Positions 6,890 through 16,787 of a stretch of 64,000 bases of DNA are shown in pieces. The position numbers were made by a program, and so were the translations under genes. The notes beneath the pieces are model-generated. The model ran no database searches and was not told the DNA's origin. It worked only from the letters and a program-made list of their open reading frames with translations. Every line of letters starts with the position of its first letter. Position 1 is the stretch's first letter. The stretch spans positions 31,443-95,442 of the forward strand of contig JAWANB010000001.1 in the NCBI GenBank assembly GCA_038895675.1, read 5' to 3'. The DNA comes from Candidatus Iainarchaeum sp. (lineage in GTDB: Archaea; Iainarchaeota; Iainarchaeia; Iainarchaeales; Iainarchaeaceae).

Positions 6890-9800
6890 TCAATTATTAT
6901 AGCATTTATTCACTTCTATTCCTTCTATGTTGTTGATTTTAGTTCTCAAATCTTTCACTAACTTTGATTCATTCCACCATAAACCAGTTCCAATAGGTAT
7001 CAAAGTATTTCCCTGCCTGATGCTGCTGTTTGCTATGCATGCTCTTTCTTCTTGTATTTGTTCTATTGCTTCTGAAAAAGTTTTTACTGAGTTAGTAGGT
7101 ATTTCAAAAGTGTATTGGGAATTGTTTTTTATTTCAACAAAACCAATTATGTTTCCTCGTGAATCCAATTTAGCAAGATAAATTTTTCCTGCGCTCAAGC
7201 ATGCGTTCTTTAATATCAGTCCTTCTGAATTTGGGTAGAACATTGTTTCAAAAAGTATTGTGGCATTGCTTTGTCTTGCAAAACCATAAAGTTTTTGGAA
7301 AATGTTAGCTCTTTCAAAAGTACACCATGGCTCAGTTAAATTGCTTTCTCTTTCTCTATCAGTGCCAATGCTAATTGGCAAAACTGCTCTTGTTTCTGCA
7401 TCTTGGCATTGTGTTTGTGCATTTATTGGCTTGTATGCTGACTCAACTAATTTTGCAAGGTAAGCTCCTGTGTTTATGTTTCCTCTTGTTGTGTCAGATA
7501 TAGAATAAGAGACTGCTGTAAAACCAGTGTTTGGTTCTGGTTGAGCTAATAATACTGCCGGAAATGGTGTTGAAGGAGAAAAGTAAACTTCGTAAGTGTT
7601 TTCTTCGCCGTCTTTTTTTGTAATATTAAGCAAGTTTCCCGCAGTGTTTTTTTGAGTATCTATAAAATTTTTGCCAATAGTTATTTCAAGCCATGCTACT
7701 GGAGTACTTTCACTTTTTGTTTCACGTGTTTCTACTGAATGTGAAGCACTTTTACTACTTATTATTATTTTTTCTCCTTTAAATCCTAACCCATAGCCAT
7801 TTCTCAAATATTTTCCATCTTGTTGCAATCCTAATTCAGCATCGAAAGGTAACATGTACAAAATATTAGGTTCTAAGTCGTTTATTTTTTCAAGGTTTAT
7901 TGTGATTTGAGCTTTAGGGTTATTTAACGCATCAAAAAATTCCCAAGCACTCCCTCTAAACTCCATTATTATGTTGACACGATAAATTCCTGGCTCGTGA
8001 ACTTGTTTTCCAAGTTCAATATTATTGTTTTTGCTAAACCTTAAGTTTGTGGGATTAGAAAAATATTTTTTCCACTTTGTGTTATAACTTTGGTCTAATG
8101 TAAAAAACTTTTGTGAATAGTATTCATCCCAATCTCTCATAAATTCGTTTGAAAAGCCATCTTTCATTAGATACGCATTAAAAGAGGTTTTTGAATTGGC
8201 TTCTTCCAATTTGTTTTCAGAAGCAAGTTGTTCTATGTTTTGAAGTCTTTTCAGTAATGAAAGCATAAATTGAGTTGAATCACATACAATTGGATTATTA
8301 GGATTACTGCATGTTTGTTCAGTTATGTTGTTAGGTTGCCAGTCATACAAAACTTTTGGCATTGCTTCTCTTCCTGTTGTTGCAAAATTGTTTTGTTGGC
8401 CTCTTATAAGACTTCCTTCCAAATTTTTGCATAATCCGACGTTTGTTGAGTTAATTCCTATCATGAATCTTTCTTTGTCAATCCAAAATAATTTTAAGTC
8501 GAATTCTTTAATTGGTCTTGGATCGTTTTCAGTGTAAGCTGTTTTAGCATAAGCGTTAAATCCTTGGTTTCCTTGGGTTGTGTTCTGTACTACAAAGATT
8601 TCTGTTTTTCCTCCTGAAAAACTTTTAACAGGGCCTGGGTTGGTAAAGGTTCCTTCTGGGCTAGTTATAGTTATGTCTGTCATGGTGTATGTTATTGGGC
8701 TACTGCTATCTGGCGATTCTGAAAGTTGTGGCGAAAAAAATCCTAATGGTTTAGTGCCTTCAAATGCGTTTACCTTACTGGTTACTATTTGTTGTTGTGT
8801 TGAATTAACTATTCTTTGTGGACCTAAACTCATGTTAAGCACAGAATTTTCTGTTTTTAACAGTTGAGTCGTATTGTCAAATTCAGAGCTCAAGTTTACT
8901 CTAACAAAGTCACTTTTATAACTACCTTCAATACCAACAATTCCAAACACTTCATAATAATAGGTTTTTTGTCCAGCTCCTGAAACTGAAAATCTTGTCA
9001 AACCACCTTCAGAGTTAAGTAATCTTAATGCGTTGCTGTTAGTGCAATCACTTATAGAATGAAATCCAGCAGTGGCAACCAATGCGCCTGTTTCGTCAAA
9101 AATATTTGCTGTAAAAGCTGGTTGATCATACAACGAATTGTTTGGTGAATCCGTGCAAGTTTGGATCAAGTATTCTTTTCCTCCTTCAACGACAAATTCG
9201 CCTCTTTTTCTATAAGGGAATAGTGCAAAGGCGTGAGGTCTAAAAGAGACAGAGACATCAACCGGTTTTAGGCCGAAACTAAGGTCGTATTCTTTTTGGG
9301 TTATGTCAGTGAATTTAATATTCAAGCCGGCTTTAGTTGTTTCAGGAGAACTTCTCGGCAGTTTTGCAACAAATTTTTCAAGCAACAAATAACTTTTTCC
9401 GGCTTCTATTGTGATTTCGTTGTTCATTGCTTCAAAATCAGGGAAAGAACAATTTTGTTTCAAACCTTCAGCACATTGTGTATCATAAACTCCAATAATT
9501 TTTATGTCTAAAGGTCCTTTGTTTAATATTTCCCATCTCATGCTTTTTTCTGCTGAATTTTCTATCTCATAAACGTTTTTTTGAAGACCAAAAATAGACT
9601 TGTCAGGAGCTAAGACTTCAACGTCACTTGGACCAACAATCACATCAAATTCCTTGTACAAACCCCATTCACTAGCGTTAGTAGTTTTTTGGTATTCTAT
9701 TCTTAAAGTATAAATTCCTTTAGAGTTGAAAGTATAAGCGTCAAAAGACCTTTTGTCTCCAACAACAGCATTTCTAATTCCATCACATCTGCACACTTCA

Positions 9801-10165
9801 TAATTTTTTACTGAATAATTGCCAGAAGTCTCAACAAAACTATCGCTTTTTTTTTCAAGCACTCTTACTGCTAAAGGATTGTCTTTTGAAGCTCCATCAA
9901 TACAGTGCAAAGTATATTCATTTATATTCTCTAACCTTAGCTTAGTACCAGGACTAACAACATAAGTTTCTCTTTGAGAATTTTGAAGTGGAATAGCCGA
10001 TGGTGTGAAAGTCATTTGCATTGTTACAGATGGAATAGGTTCGTTGCCAGTATAAGGTTTTGTACCCCAATAATGGCAATGAGACCCACCACAAGTTTGA
10101 ACCCCGAAAGTCAAAGAAGAAAAAACAAAAACAATAATAAAAAAAACAAAGTAATAGGTTCTCAT
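6890..10165 (-). CDS. Giant secreted or surface protein (1091 aa), hypothetical.
   Basis: N-terminal signal/TM segment (MRTYYFVFFIIVFVFSSLTFG). Many N-x-S/T sequons. No C-terminal anchor. Its start overlaps the upstream gene by 4 nt (ATGA). Confidence 0.6.
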   Translation of the reverse strand: MRTYYFVFFIIVFVFSSLTFGVQTCGGSHCHYWGTKPYTGNEPIPSVTMQMTFTPSAIPLQNSQRETYVVSPGTKLRLENINEYTLHCIDGASKDNPLAVRVLEKKSDSFVETSGNYSVKNYEVCRCDGIRNAVVGDKRSFDAYTFNSKGIYTLRIEYQKTTNASEWGLYKEFDVIVGPSDVEVLAPDKSIFGLQKNVYEIENSAEKSMRWEILNKGPLDIKIIGVYDTQCAEGLKQNCSFPDFEAMNNEITIEAGKSYLLLEKFVAKLPRSSPETTKAGLNIKFTDITQKEYDLSFGLKPVDVSVSFRPHAFALFPYRKRGEFVVEGGKEYLIQTCTDSPNNSLYDQPAFTANIFDETGALVATAGFHSISDCTNSNALRLLNSEGGLTRFSVSGAGQKTYYYEVFGIVGIEGSYKSDFVRVNLSSEFDNTTQLLKTENSVLNMSLGPQRIVNSTQQQIVTSKVNAFEGTKPLGFFSPQLSESPDSSSPITYTMTDITITSPEGTFTNPGPVKSFSGGKTEIFVVQNTTQGNQGFNAYAKTAYTENDPRPIKEFDLKLFWIDKERFMIGINSTNVGLCKNLEGSLIRGQQNNFATTGREAMPKVLYDWQPNNITEQTCSNPNNPIVCDSTQFMLSLLKRLQNIEQLASENKLEEANSKTSFNAYLMKDGFSNEFMRDWDEYYSQKFFTLDQSYNTKWKKYFSNPTNLRFSKNNNIELGKQVHEPGIYRVNIIMEFRGSAWEFFDALNNPKAQITINLEKINDLEPNILYMLPFDAELGLQQDGKYLRNGYGLGFKGEKIIISSKSASHSVETRETKSESTPVAWLEITIGKNFIDTQKNTAGNLLNITKKDGEENTYEVYFSPSTPFPAVLLAQPEPNTGFTAVSYSISDTTRGNINTGAYLAKLVESAYKPINAQTQCQDAETRAVLPISIGTDRERESNLTEPWCTFERANIFQKLYGFARQSNATILFETMFYPNSEGLILKNACLSAGKIYLAKLDSRGNIIGFVEIKNNSQYTFEIPTNSVKTFSEAIEQIQEERACIANSSIRQGNTLIPIGTGLWWNESKLVKDLRTKINNIEGIEVNKCYNN

Positions 10166-11892
10166 TCAAACTCACCACTATAAGAATTTCTTTTTCTGAC
10201 TATTAAATAAACGCCTACAATAAAAATGCCTAACCCAATGGCTAAAATCATTAAAACAAAATTATTGTTTTGAACATCTTGCGATTTATCATTAACACTT
10301 ATTATTTTGCCTTCATTTTCGTTGCAAAAACCAAGACAGCACTTAGTGTTATTCACTTCAACGATTGTGCCAGAGCATTCAGCATTACATTCAACAGCAC
10401 CTAAAGCACTACAACTTTGCAGTACTTCTTTTTTTACTGAAATTTTTTCAGATATTTGTGTCCTATTTAAAAAGTCGTCAACTATGTACAAATAATCGCC
10501 TTCTAAAGCTCTCAAATATTCTTGCTTACATGAAACGCCTTCAACTTTAAATGCAGACAATTCAGAGCCAGTACTCAAATCTATTATAGTAAGTTTAGCA
10601 TTCAAATCTTGCTTTTCGTTTTTTTCGTTGAAACCGCATAATTCAAAAAACAATTTTTCGTCTATATCAGAATAGGTTGCCTTTACTTCTACTCTTCCTT
10701 TTGGTGATATGTTTTCTTTTATTGGTTTTACTTCATAACAATAATAATCGTAAATAACGGAATTTTTTTCTATTTTAGCACAAACCAAAAAGTTCTCAAT
10801 ATTTTTTGTAGAAACAAAGTCAAAGTCGAGACTTAAAAATTCGTCATAAAAACCAAGTTTTTCTATTTGTTTTTCTTTTGAAAAAATTTTTTCGGTGCCA
10901 ACAATGGCTTCGATTATTACTTTAAAATCTGAGAAATCAGGGTAAGTATAGTGGTCTGGGCTTGAGCCAATAAGGACTGATAAATAATTGCCTTTAAAAT
11001 CTAATTTCCAAATTCTTGCAGTACCACCCTTTACTATCAATCTGTTTCTGTATAGAGCCAAAAGGTTTCCTTTTTCGTTTTGAATCTCTATTCTAACAGC
11101 ATAAGCACTTGGAATTTCAGGGGCAATTAATTTTAGTTCTATAGATTTTTCAGAATTAGGGCTAATCGTAAATTCTGAATTTACTTCTGAAATAAACTTG
11201 TTTTGTGACAAACAAATTGTGTCATCCCAATCGCACAATTTCACCACAACAATGCCTTTTTGTTCTGACCTTGAAAAGTTTTTTACGAAAACAATACCTT
11301 TGACTTCTTCTTTTGGCATTACTGGAGCACCTATAGGCCCAGCAATTCCATTAAATGTTGTTTTTTCATAATCTATGCTTAAGTCTGGTTTGTTCCCTTT
11401 GCCTAACACTTCAAATTCTAAACTTTTAGGGCTACTAAAAATATGTACAATGCCAACAGCTGGAATTCTTCCATTTTTAAAGTAAGCATCAAGAGTATAA
11501 GTTCCTTTTTTTAAGTCTCTCGGCAAGTCAATTTCAAACTTCACATCGATAATAGCCTTAGGAGGTAAAGCTACTGGAAGTACTTTTTCATAAATTATTG
11601 TGCCTTCCCCGTCTTTTATAACAGAAAATTGCGAAGGATAACTCAAACTATTTTGATTGCCTTTTACGACCTCTAAAACTAAATAGCCGTCATAGAGTGC
11701 AAAATCTTCAAAATTAGTTATTTTTGCTGTTCCTTTCACTTTTTCATTTTCATTGAAAACGTTTTTCTCCAAACTTATTTGCATGTCTATGTTATAATTA
11801 TAAGATGCTAATGACAAATTTAAAAAAAATAATAACATAAAAGCAATTAACACTGGTTTGAAAAAATTTGTAACTCTACTTTTTGAAATCAT
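10162..11892 (-). CDS. Type-I membrane surface protein (576 aa) with a Cys-rich stalk and a C-terminal TM anchor.
   Basis: N-terminal signal sequence. Cys-rich segment CSALGAVECNAECSGTIVEVNNTKCCLGFC. C-terminal TM FVLMILAIGLGIFIVGVYLIVRKR. It overlaps both neighbouring genes. Confidence 0.6.
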   Translation of the reverse strand: MISKSRVTNFFKPVLIAFMLLFFLNLSLASYNYNIDMQISLEKNVFNENEKVKGTAKITNFEDFALYDGYLVLEVVKGNQNSLSYPSQFSVIKDGEGTIIYEKVLPVALPPKAIIDVKFEIDLPRDLKKGTYTLDAYFKNGRIPAVGIVHIFSSPKSLEFEVLGKGNKPDLSIDYEKTTFNGIAGPIGAPVMPKEEVKGIVFVKNFSRSEQKGIVVVKLCDWDDTICLSQNKFISEVNSEFTISPNSEKSIELKLIAPEIPSAYAVRIEIQNEKGNLLALYRNRLIVKGGTARIWKLDFKGNYLSVLIGSSPDHYTYPDFSDFKVIIEAIVGTEKIFSKEKQIEKLGFYDEFLSLDFDFVSTKNIENFLVCAKIEKNSVIYDYYCYEVKPIKENISPKGRVEVKATYSDIDEKLFFELCGFNEKNEKQDLNAKLTIIDLSTGSELSAFKVEGVSCKQEYLRALEGDYLYIVDDFLNRTQISEKISVKKEVLQSCSALGAVECNAECSGTIVEVNNTKCCLGFCNENEGKIISVNDKSQDVQNNNFVLMILAIGLGIFIVGVYLIVRKRNSYSGEFE

Positions 11893-14800
11893 TGACGCTC
11901 ACCAAGAAAAAATTATTTGAAACTCTTATAGGCCTAATATCATAAGTCTGTTCACTGTAAAAATTTTGTGGATTCTTAGTTTCGTTAGTCAAGGTAAAAT
12001 ACAATGATTGATTCAAGTTGTTAGATCCAAGGTCCACTTTCGGATTTTCGTTATCTGAAAAACCAGTATAACACTTGTTTATTACTTTTACAATTTCTTT
12101 TGACTCAGAAAAGTCAAGCAAAACTCTTTTCGTGTTAGTATTATTCACAACTCTTTCAAGGCTTAAGCACGAATTGTTTGTTGTTGCTATTGCAAGTACA
12201 AACCCCAAATAAAATTCTCTTTGATCTTTTTTTGCATTTAAAAATATTGGATGAACTCCCAATTGTTTACCTTGAGTAATGCTCACTACTTCGGTTGCGT
12301 TATTCGATAACGTGAAATTAGTTTTTGAAATACTTATATCGCTTTCAGCGGCTTTTGACAATTTTATTTCCACTTCAGACCCACAATTATCATTTTTTAT
12401 GGTTATATTAACAGGCGTAGCATTACAAGAAGTGCCATTACAATTTCTTGAATTAAGCTCTATTTCAGTATTGGAAGGACTTTGCTCATCAACTTTTATG
12501 CACTCTAAACTAGGTTGAGTTGGTAAAAGAACTTCTTGTTGTGTTACTCTTAATTCTTTTGTTGCGCTAACATAATTATCTTTAGATGCAACAACCTCAA
12601 AAGTAGTTGAAACAGCATAACTTTGTGGAAAAATTATAGTGAATTGTCCTTGGCTATTTGTTTGGCCACCAATATTTAGTTTTGTTTTACTTTCACCTTC
12701 TTTTTCGAATACTTCTATTAATGCACCTTGTAAGGCTCTATTAGCGTTGTCCTTTGTAGTGGCAATGACAATTTCATTAGGCTGTGGTTTTATTGTGTCT
12801 TTATCTAAAGTCAAAAACAACTGGTTTAATGCTGAAATACTAAACAACATTTCTGCTTCTTTTCCTCTTTCTTCAACATTTAAGCTCATTTTTAGTTTTA
12901 TTGAATTAACTGGTTTCAATGCTGTTAATGTTAAGTTTAAAGTAGCTGTTTGATTAGGCGAAAGTCTACCTATTGAACCACTATTTGGAGTTATTTGTAT
13001 TGGGTTAGGATTTATAGTAGGTTCAATAGTGAAAGACATTTGAAGGTTTTCAAAAATTTTTTTAGTAGAATTCAATACTTCTATTGCTATGTCATATTGT
13101 TCATTTTCTCTTAATTCAATAGTTCCTTCGAGTGCATCACGCCATTCTCTAATATGACCATTTTGAGAGGATTTTATTTTAGCACTAATCAAAAATCCAC
13201 AATTACTAGTGCAAAAAGAAGAATTCAAAAAAGTAGTCCACAAGTAAAGCGAATTCCTGTTAGGCTTGTATTCTTCGTTATCGCCTTTCTTGGTTTTAAT
13301 TCCATACCTTAATTCTACTTTAGTGTTATTTTCTTGAGTATCTTCAACTTCCTTTATGAAAACATTAGCAAACACTATGTAGACACCATCATCAGCCGAG
13401 TTCAAAGACAAAATAGCTTGTTTCGCATCATTGTCCGTTGGAGAACAATCCTCATAATTGTTTTGGGGATTAAAGCAAGATGAATAAATAACGTTTAGGT
13501 TTGGTGAATCTATTCTTTTTATAACCATTGTGGAATTGTTTGCATTCAATTGATTTTCTAAGCTCGTCCTAATAACTGCTTTTACGTCGCTTTTTTCCGC
13601 TCTATCTACTATAAGATTAAATTTGAAGACATAGTTTTTGTTATCTTCAAGTCTTGAAACTTCTCTTCCAGAAGTATCTAAAACTTTGTCAAGAAGTATT
13701 TCAGCAGGCTTGAATTGTTGATTTTCAGGAATTGCTTTTAAAACAATTTCTATTGATTGAGTCGCATTAGGCAAAATTCTTACACTAGGATGCCTAGTAG
13801 TATAATAACCTTGTTTGCTAACCACTATCATTGGACTTTTATCTGCTGAAAACTCTTTTTTTTGCGTCCTGCCTTGTGCATTAGTAGTTTCTCTGCCAAT
13901 TTCTCTATTGTTTTCAACAAAAGAAACTGAGGCACCTTGTACAGGCCTATTGCTTTCATCAACGACCTTCACTTCAATAAAGCCATTTGAAATTACCAAA
14001 ACTATTTCTAACTGAATTTCACTACCTTTAGACAAAGATTTTTCTCCTGAAAAATTAGAATGCTCTTTGCCATTAATTTCTTTCAATGCTTTTGCTTTAT
14101 AATTTCCAGGCGGCAAATTAATGAATTCTATTAAGCCGTCTTTGTCTGTAAGTCCATCAGCAATAGGAAAAGAAAAGGCAGAAGAATAAAGAAAAACAGA
14201 AGCGTTTTGAACTTTGTTGCCTCCGTATTCAGAAACTATTACTTTAGCTTTGCCTGAATTATTTGAAGTTACCTTGTCTAACTTTACTATAGTAGGTTGA
14301 TTATTATTTGCAAACTTCAAATTATTAATTACTTTTAGCACATAATTAGGATGCGAAGCTATTACTAAGTATGCTTTTTCTTCTAAGCTAAGATTCTGAA
14401 AGTTGACTATTCCATCATTGTTTGACCTCAAAGAAACACTCTGTCTATTATTGGCTATTAATTGTGCAAAAACATTACTAATAGGATTGTCATTGCTTGA
14501 ATCAACAAATTTGATTAAAATTTTTTTAGCACTGTCTGTTTTTTTCATTCTTATTTCAACAGTATAAGGTTGATTTGAAGAAAATTGAGCATCAGCAATA
14601 GTGAATTCGTCGCTATAAGCAATACCATAAGTACTTCCAGAAGGAGGTCTTGCTTCAATAACATAAGTGCCAGCACTTACGTTTTCTACTATTTTAGAAC
14701 CTGAGTTGTCCGTCGTCCCGCCTTGGAAAGCAATTACTTCTCCTTTCAAGAAAGTCAAGTAAACTCCACTAATTGGCTGAGAAGTATCATGGTCCTTTAC

Positions 14801-15601
14801 TAATACTCTTACATTAGCAAGCAAAATTTCTTTTCTCAAATTCACTATAACAGTCCCTTCAGTAATCGCTAAGTCTATTGTCTTTCTAGTCTCTTCAAAG
14901 CCGCTTGCCCTAACCAAAGCAACCAAAGTTCCGCAAGCAGATTGCACGCTTACCCTATGAATTGCTCCTTTAGAATTAATGTTTGCAGGAACATACTTTG
15001 AATCAGAACAAGAAAAACTAATCGAGACAGAAGTGTTAGAACTAATTAGGCCTTTTTCATCTCTTAACTCATAAACTATTTGCTTGAGTTTTGAACTAAC
15101 AGATTTTTCAAGAGTAATTTTGTATAACTTTCTTGGCTCTATTTTAATTTCTTCTTCAAATGGCTTAAAGCCACTTGCTTTGACAGAAACTTTTGCTTTG
15201 TCCCCAAACAATTTAATTTTTGCTTCACCAAAAGAGTTTGTAGTCATACTTTCCTTAGCACTACCAACTTCAACTATTATTTCAGCGTTTTGAATTGGAT
15301 TTTCAGAATTATCCATTACCACTATTTTTGCACTATTATCTCCTGACCAAAAAGAAAAAAGTGAGGCAATCAGAGACCAAATAGCTTTTGAAATAGGTTC
15401 AAGAGGCCCTCCTTGATTACCAAAAAAAAGCAAAAGAATGAAAAAAAAGAGCAGGAAAACAAAAATTAAAACTAATACAAAAGAAGGAAAAACTCGGTCT
15501 ATTGGGTCAATTATTCTATACACAGGTATTTTTTCGTTAATTTTATCAAGGAATTCGTAATAGCGATCCTCAAAAAAATAATAAAAATCCTTCAATTCCA
15601 T
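11876..15601 (-). CDS. Giant surface protein (1241 aa) with multiple CarboxypepD_reg/transthyretin-like (PEGA-like) beta-sandwich repeats and an N-terminal TM anchor.
   Basis: N-terminal TM (FVLVLIFVFLLFFFILLLFF). Repeated modules of the type AKIVVMDNSENPIQNAEIIVEVG...SFGEAKIKL, KVQNASVFLYSS...DGLTDKDGLIEFINLPPGNYKAKA and VKVVDESNRPVQGASVSFVENNREIGRETTNAQG. Sequons are abundant. Confidence 0.65.
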   Translation of the reverse strand: MELKDFYYFFEDRYYEFLDKINEKIPVYRIIDPIDRVFPSFVLVLIFVFLLFFFILLLFFGNQGGPLEPISKAIWSLIASLFSFWSGDNSAKIVVMDNSENPIQNAEIIVEVGSAKESMTTNSFGEAKIKLFGDKAKVSVKASGFKPFEEEIKIEPRKLYKITLEKSVSSKLKQIVYELRDEKGLISSNTSVSISFSCSDSKYVPANINSKGAIHRVSVQSACGTLVALVRASGFEETRKTIDLAITEGTVIVNLRKEILLANVRVLVKDHDTSQPISGVYLTFLKGEVIAFQGGTTDNSGSKIVENVSAGTYVIEARPPSGSTYGIAYSDEFTIADAQFSSNQPYTVEIRMKKTDSAKKILIKFVDSSNDNPISNVFAQLIANNRQSVSLRSNNDGIVNFQNLSLEEKAYLVIASHPNYVLKVINNLKFANNNQPTIVKLDKVTSNNSGKAKVIVSEYGGNKVQNASVFLYSSAFSFPIADGLTDKDGLIEFINLPPGNYKAKALKEINGKEHSNFSGEKSLSKGSEIQLEIVLVISNGFIEVKVVDESNRPVQGASVSFVENNREIGRETTNAQGRTQKKEFSADKSPMIVVSKQGYYTTRHPSVRILPNATQSIEIVLKAIPENQQFKPAEILLDKVLDTSGREVSRLEDNKNYVFKFNLIVDRAEKSDVKAVIRTSLENQLNANNSTMVIKRIDSPNLNVIYSSCFNPQNNYEDCSPTDNDAKQAILSLNSADDGVYIVFANVFIKEVEDTQENNTKVELRYGIKTKKGDNEEYKPNRNSLYLWTTFLNSSFCTSNCGFLISAKIKSSQNGHIREWRDALEGTIELRENEQYDIAIEVLNSTKKIFENLQMSFTIEPTINPNPIQITPNSGSIGRLSPNQTATLNLTLTALKPVNSIKLKMSLNVEERGKEAEMLFSISALNQLFLTLDKDTIKPQPNEIVIATTKDNANRALQGALIEVFEKEGESKTKLNIGGQTNSQGQFTIIFPQSYAVSTTFEVVASKDNYVSATKELRVTQQEVLLPTQPSLECIKVDEQSPSNTEIELNSRNCNGTSCNATPVNITIKNDNCGSEVEIKLSKAAESDISISKTNFTLSNNATEVVSITQGKQLGVHPIFLNAKKDQREFYLGFVLAIATTNNSCLSLERVVNNTNTKRVLLDFSESKEIVKVINKCYTGFSDNENPKVDLGSNNLNQSLYFTLTNETKNPQNFYSEQTYDIRPIRVSNNFFLVSVNDFKK

Positions 15602-15643
15602 AAAACCGCCAAAAGCTCTTTAATAACAAGCTTTTTTTTATTT

Positions 15644-16756
15644 TTAAATATTACTAACTTCCCAAACCAAAGACTCTAAAATTTTCTTTATACTCAACTT
15701 TCTGACAAATAAGCAAGAGTCTGACGCTCCACCAAACACTAACAACTCGTCACTCGAGCCTTGTAAAGCAGAAGTAGGAAAAACAACATTGCTTACAAAA
15801 CCAGTTTTTTCAAAAGCTTGTTTCGGAGTAAAAAGAGGCTTGTTTTCAGGAGACCTTGCTATTATTTTTTTCATTTTTTTGTCGAAGACAACAGCACCAG
15901 CACTATAAACCTTGTATTCTTCACCTTTTTTTCTAACTAATTTTACGCCATGATAAATTTCAAGCCAACCCTCTTTGATTCTTATTGGCACAGTTCCAGA
16001 CCCGATTCTTAAGCTATCCCAACCTTTTTTTCTAGGCCCCATTATGGGCCTTTCTTTTCCCCAAAAAATCAAGTCTTTAGAAAAAGAAATCCAAATACGG
16101 GGCTTGTCAAAAATCATAGTGCCCTCAGGCCTGTGCAAGGCAACGTAATAACCATTTATTTTTTCAGGCAAAATAACAACGTCCTTGTTTTGTTGCCTGA
16201 ATATTATGCCATGCCTTTTCCACGTCTCAAGGTTATGAGAAGTAGCAAGAGAAGTTGAAACACCAGAGCACATAGACACAGACACGTAAGTCATAACAAA
16301 TTTTTTTTCGTCTTTGAGAAAAGTAATGCGAGGATCTTCAACCCCAAAATCGCCATCATCTTTCAAACCAAAAAAATCTGGTTTTTGAGATATTGACAAA
16401 ACTTTTGTACCTGTTTCATCTAAAAGAATTTTTCTAAAATGAGAGATGGTAGGCAACCTTGCTTTTTCAGAATCAAAAATAAAATAGTTGTCTAAAGACT
16501 GAAATTTTCCTTTTTTTCTCGGCAAAGTTTCAACAATAATTTTCAATTCTTTATTTCCAACGAACCTTGGAGCCAAAAAATATTTTTCGCCATGCAAAGG
16601 CGTTTCGGCAATTCGTGCAAAAAGCAATATTTTGTTATCTTTTAGCCTAACCGCAGCAGGATTAAAAACACCCCTAACTCTAAAATTTTTTAACGTTGGA
16701 TTAATAGACGTAGGGCTTAAAATCAATGTAGATTTAGTCATGAAATGAAAACACAA
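15644..16756 (-). CDS. Glycoside hydrolase family 130 (beta-mannoside phosphorylase-like, DUF377).
   Basis: GVFNPAAV, FGVEDPRITFL, WLEIYHGVK and GFVSNVVFP are GH130 five-bladed beta-propeller signatures. Confidence 0.7.
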   Translation of the reverse strand: MCFHFMTKSTLILSPTSINPTLKNFRVRGVFNPAAVRLKDNKILLFARIAETPLHGEKYFLAPRFVGNKELKIIVETLPRKKGKFQSLDNYFIFDSEKARLPTISHFRKILLDETGTKVLSISQKPDFFGLKDDGDFGVEDPRITFLKDEKKFVMTYVSVSMCSGVSTSLATSHNLETWKRHGIIFRQQNKDVVILPEKINGYYVALHRPEGTMIFDKPRIWISFSKDLIFWGKERPIMGPRKKGWDSLRIGSGTVPIRIKEGWLEIYHGVKLVRKKGEEYKVYSAGAVVFDKKMKKIIARSPENKPLFTPKQAFEKTGFVSNVVFPTSALQGSSDELLVFGGASDSCLFVRKLSIKKILESLVWEVSNI

Positions 16757-16787
16757 AACCTAAATAAAAATCTAACGAAAATTTTTA

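Noticed and set aside
6927-15293. Numerous 60-120-aa ORFs on both strands inside the three giant surface-protein genes.
   Set aside because: They are nested or antisense within long, well-supported ORFs, with low-complexity composition and no starts with RBS. They are by-products of AT-rich coding sequence.
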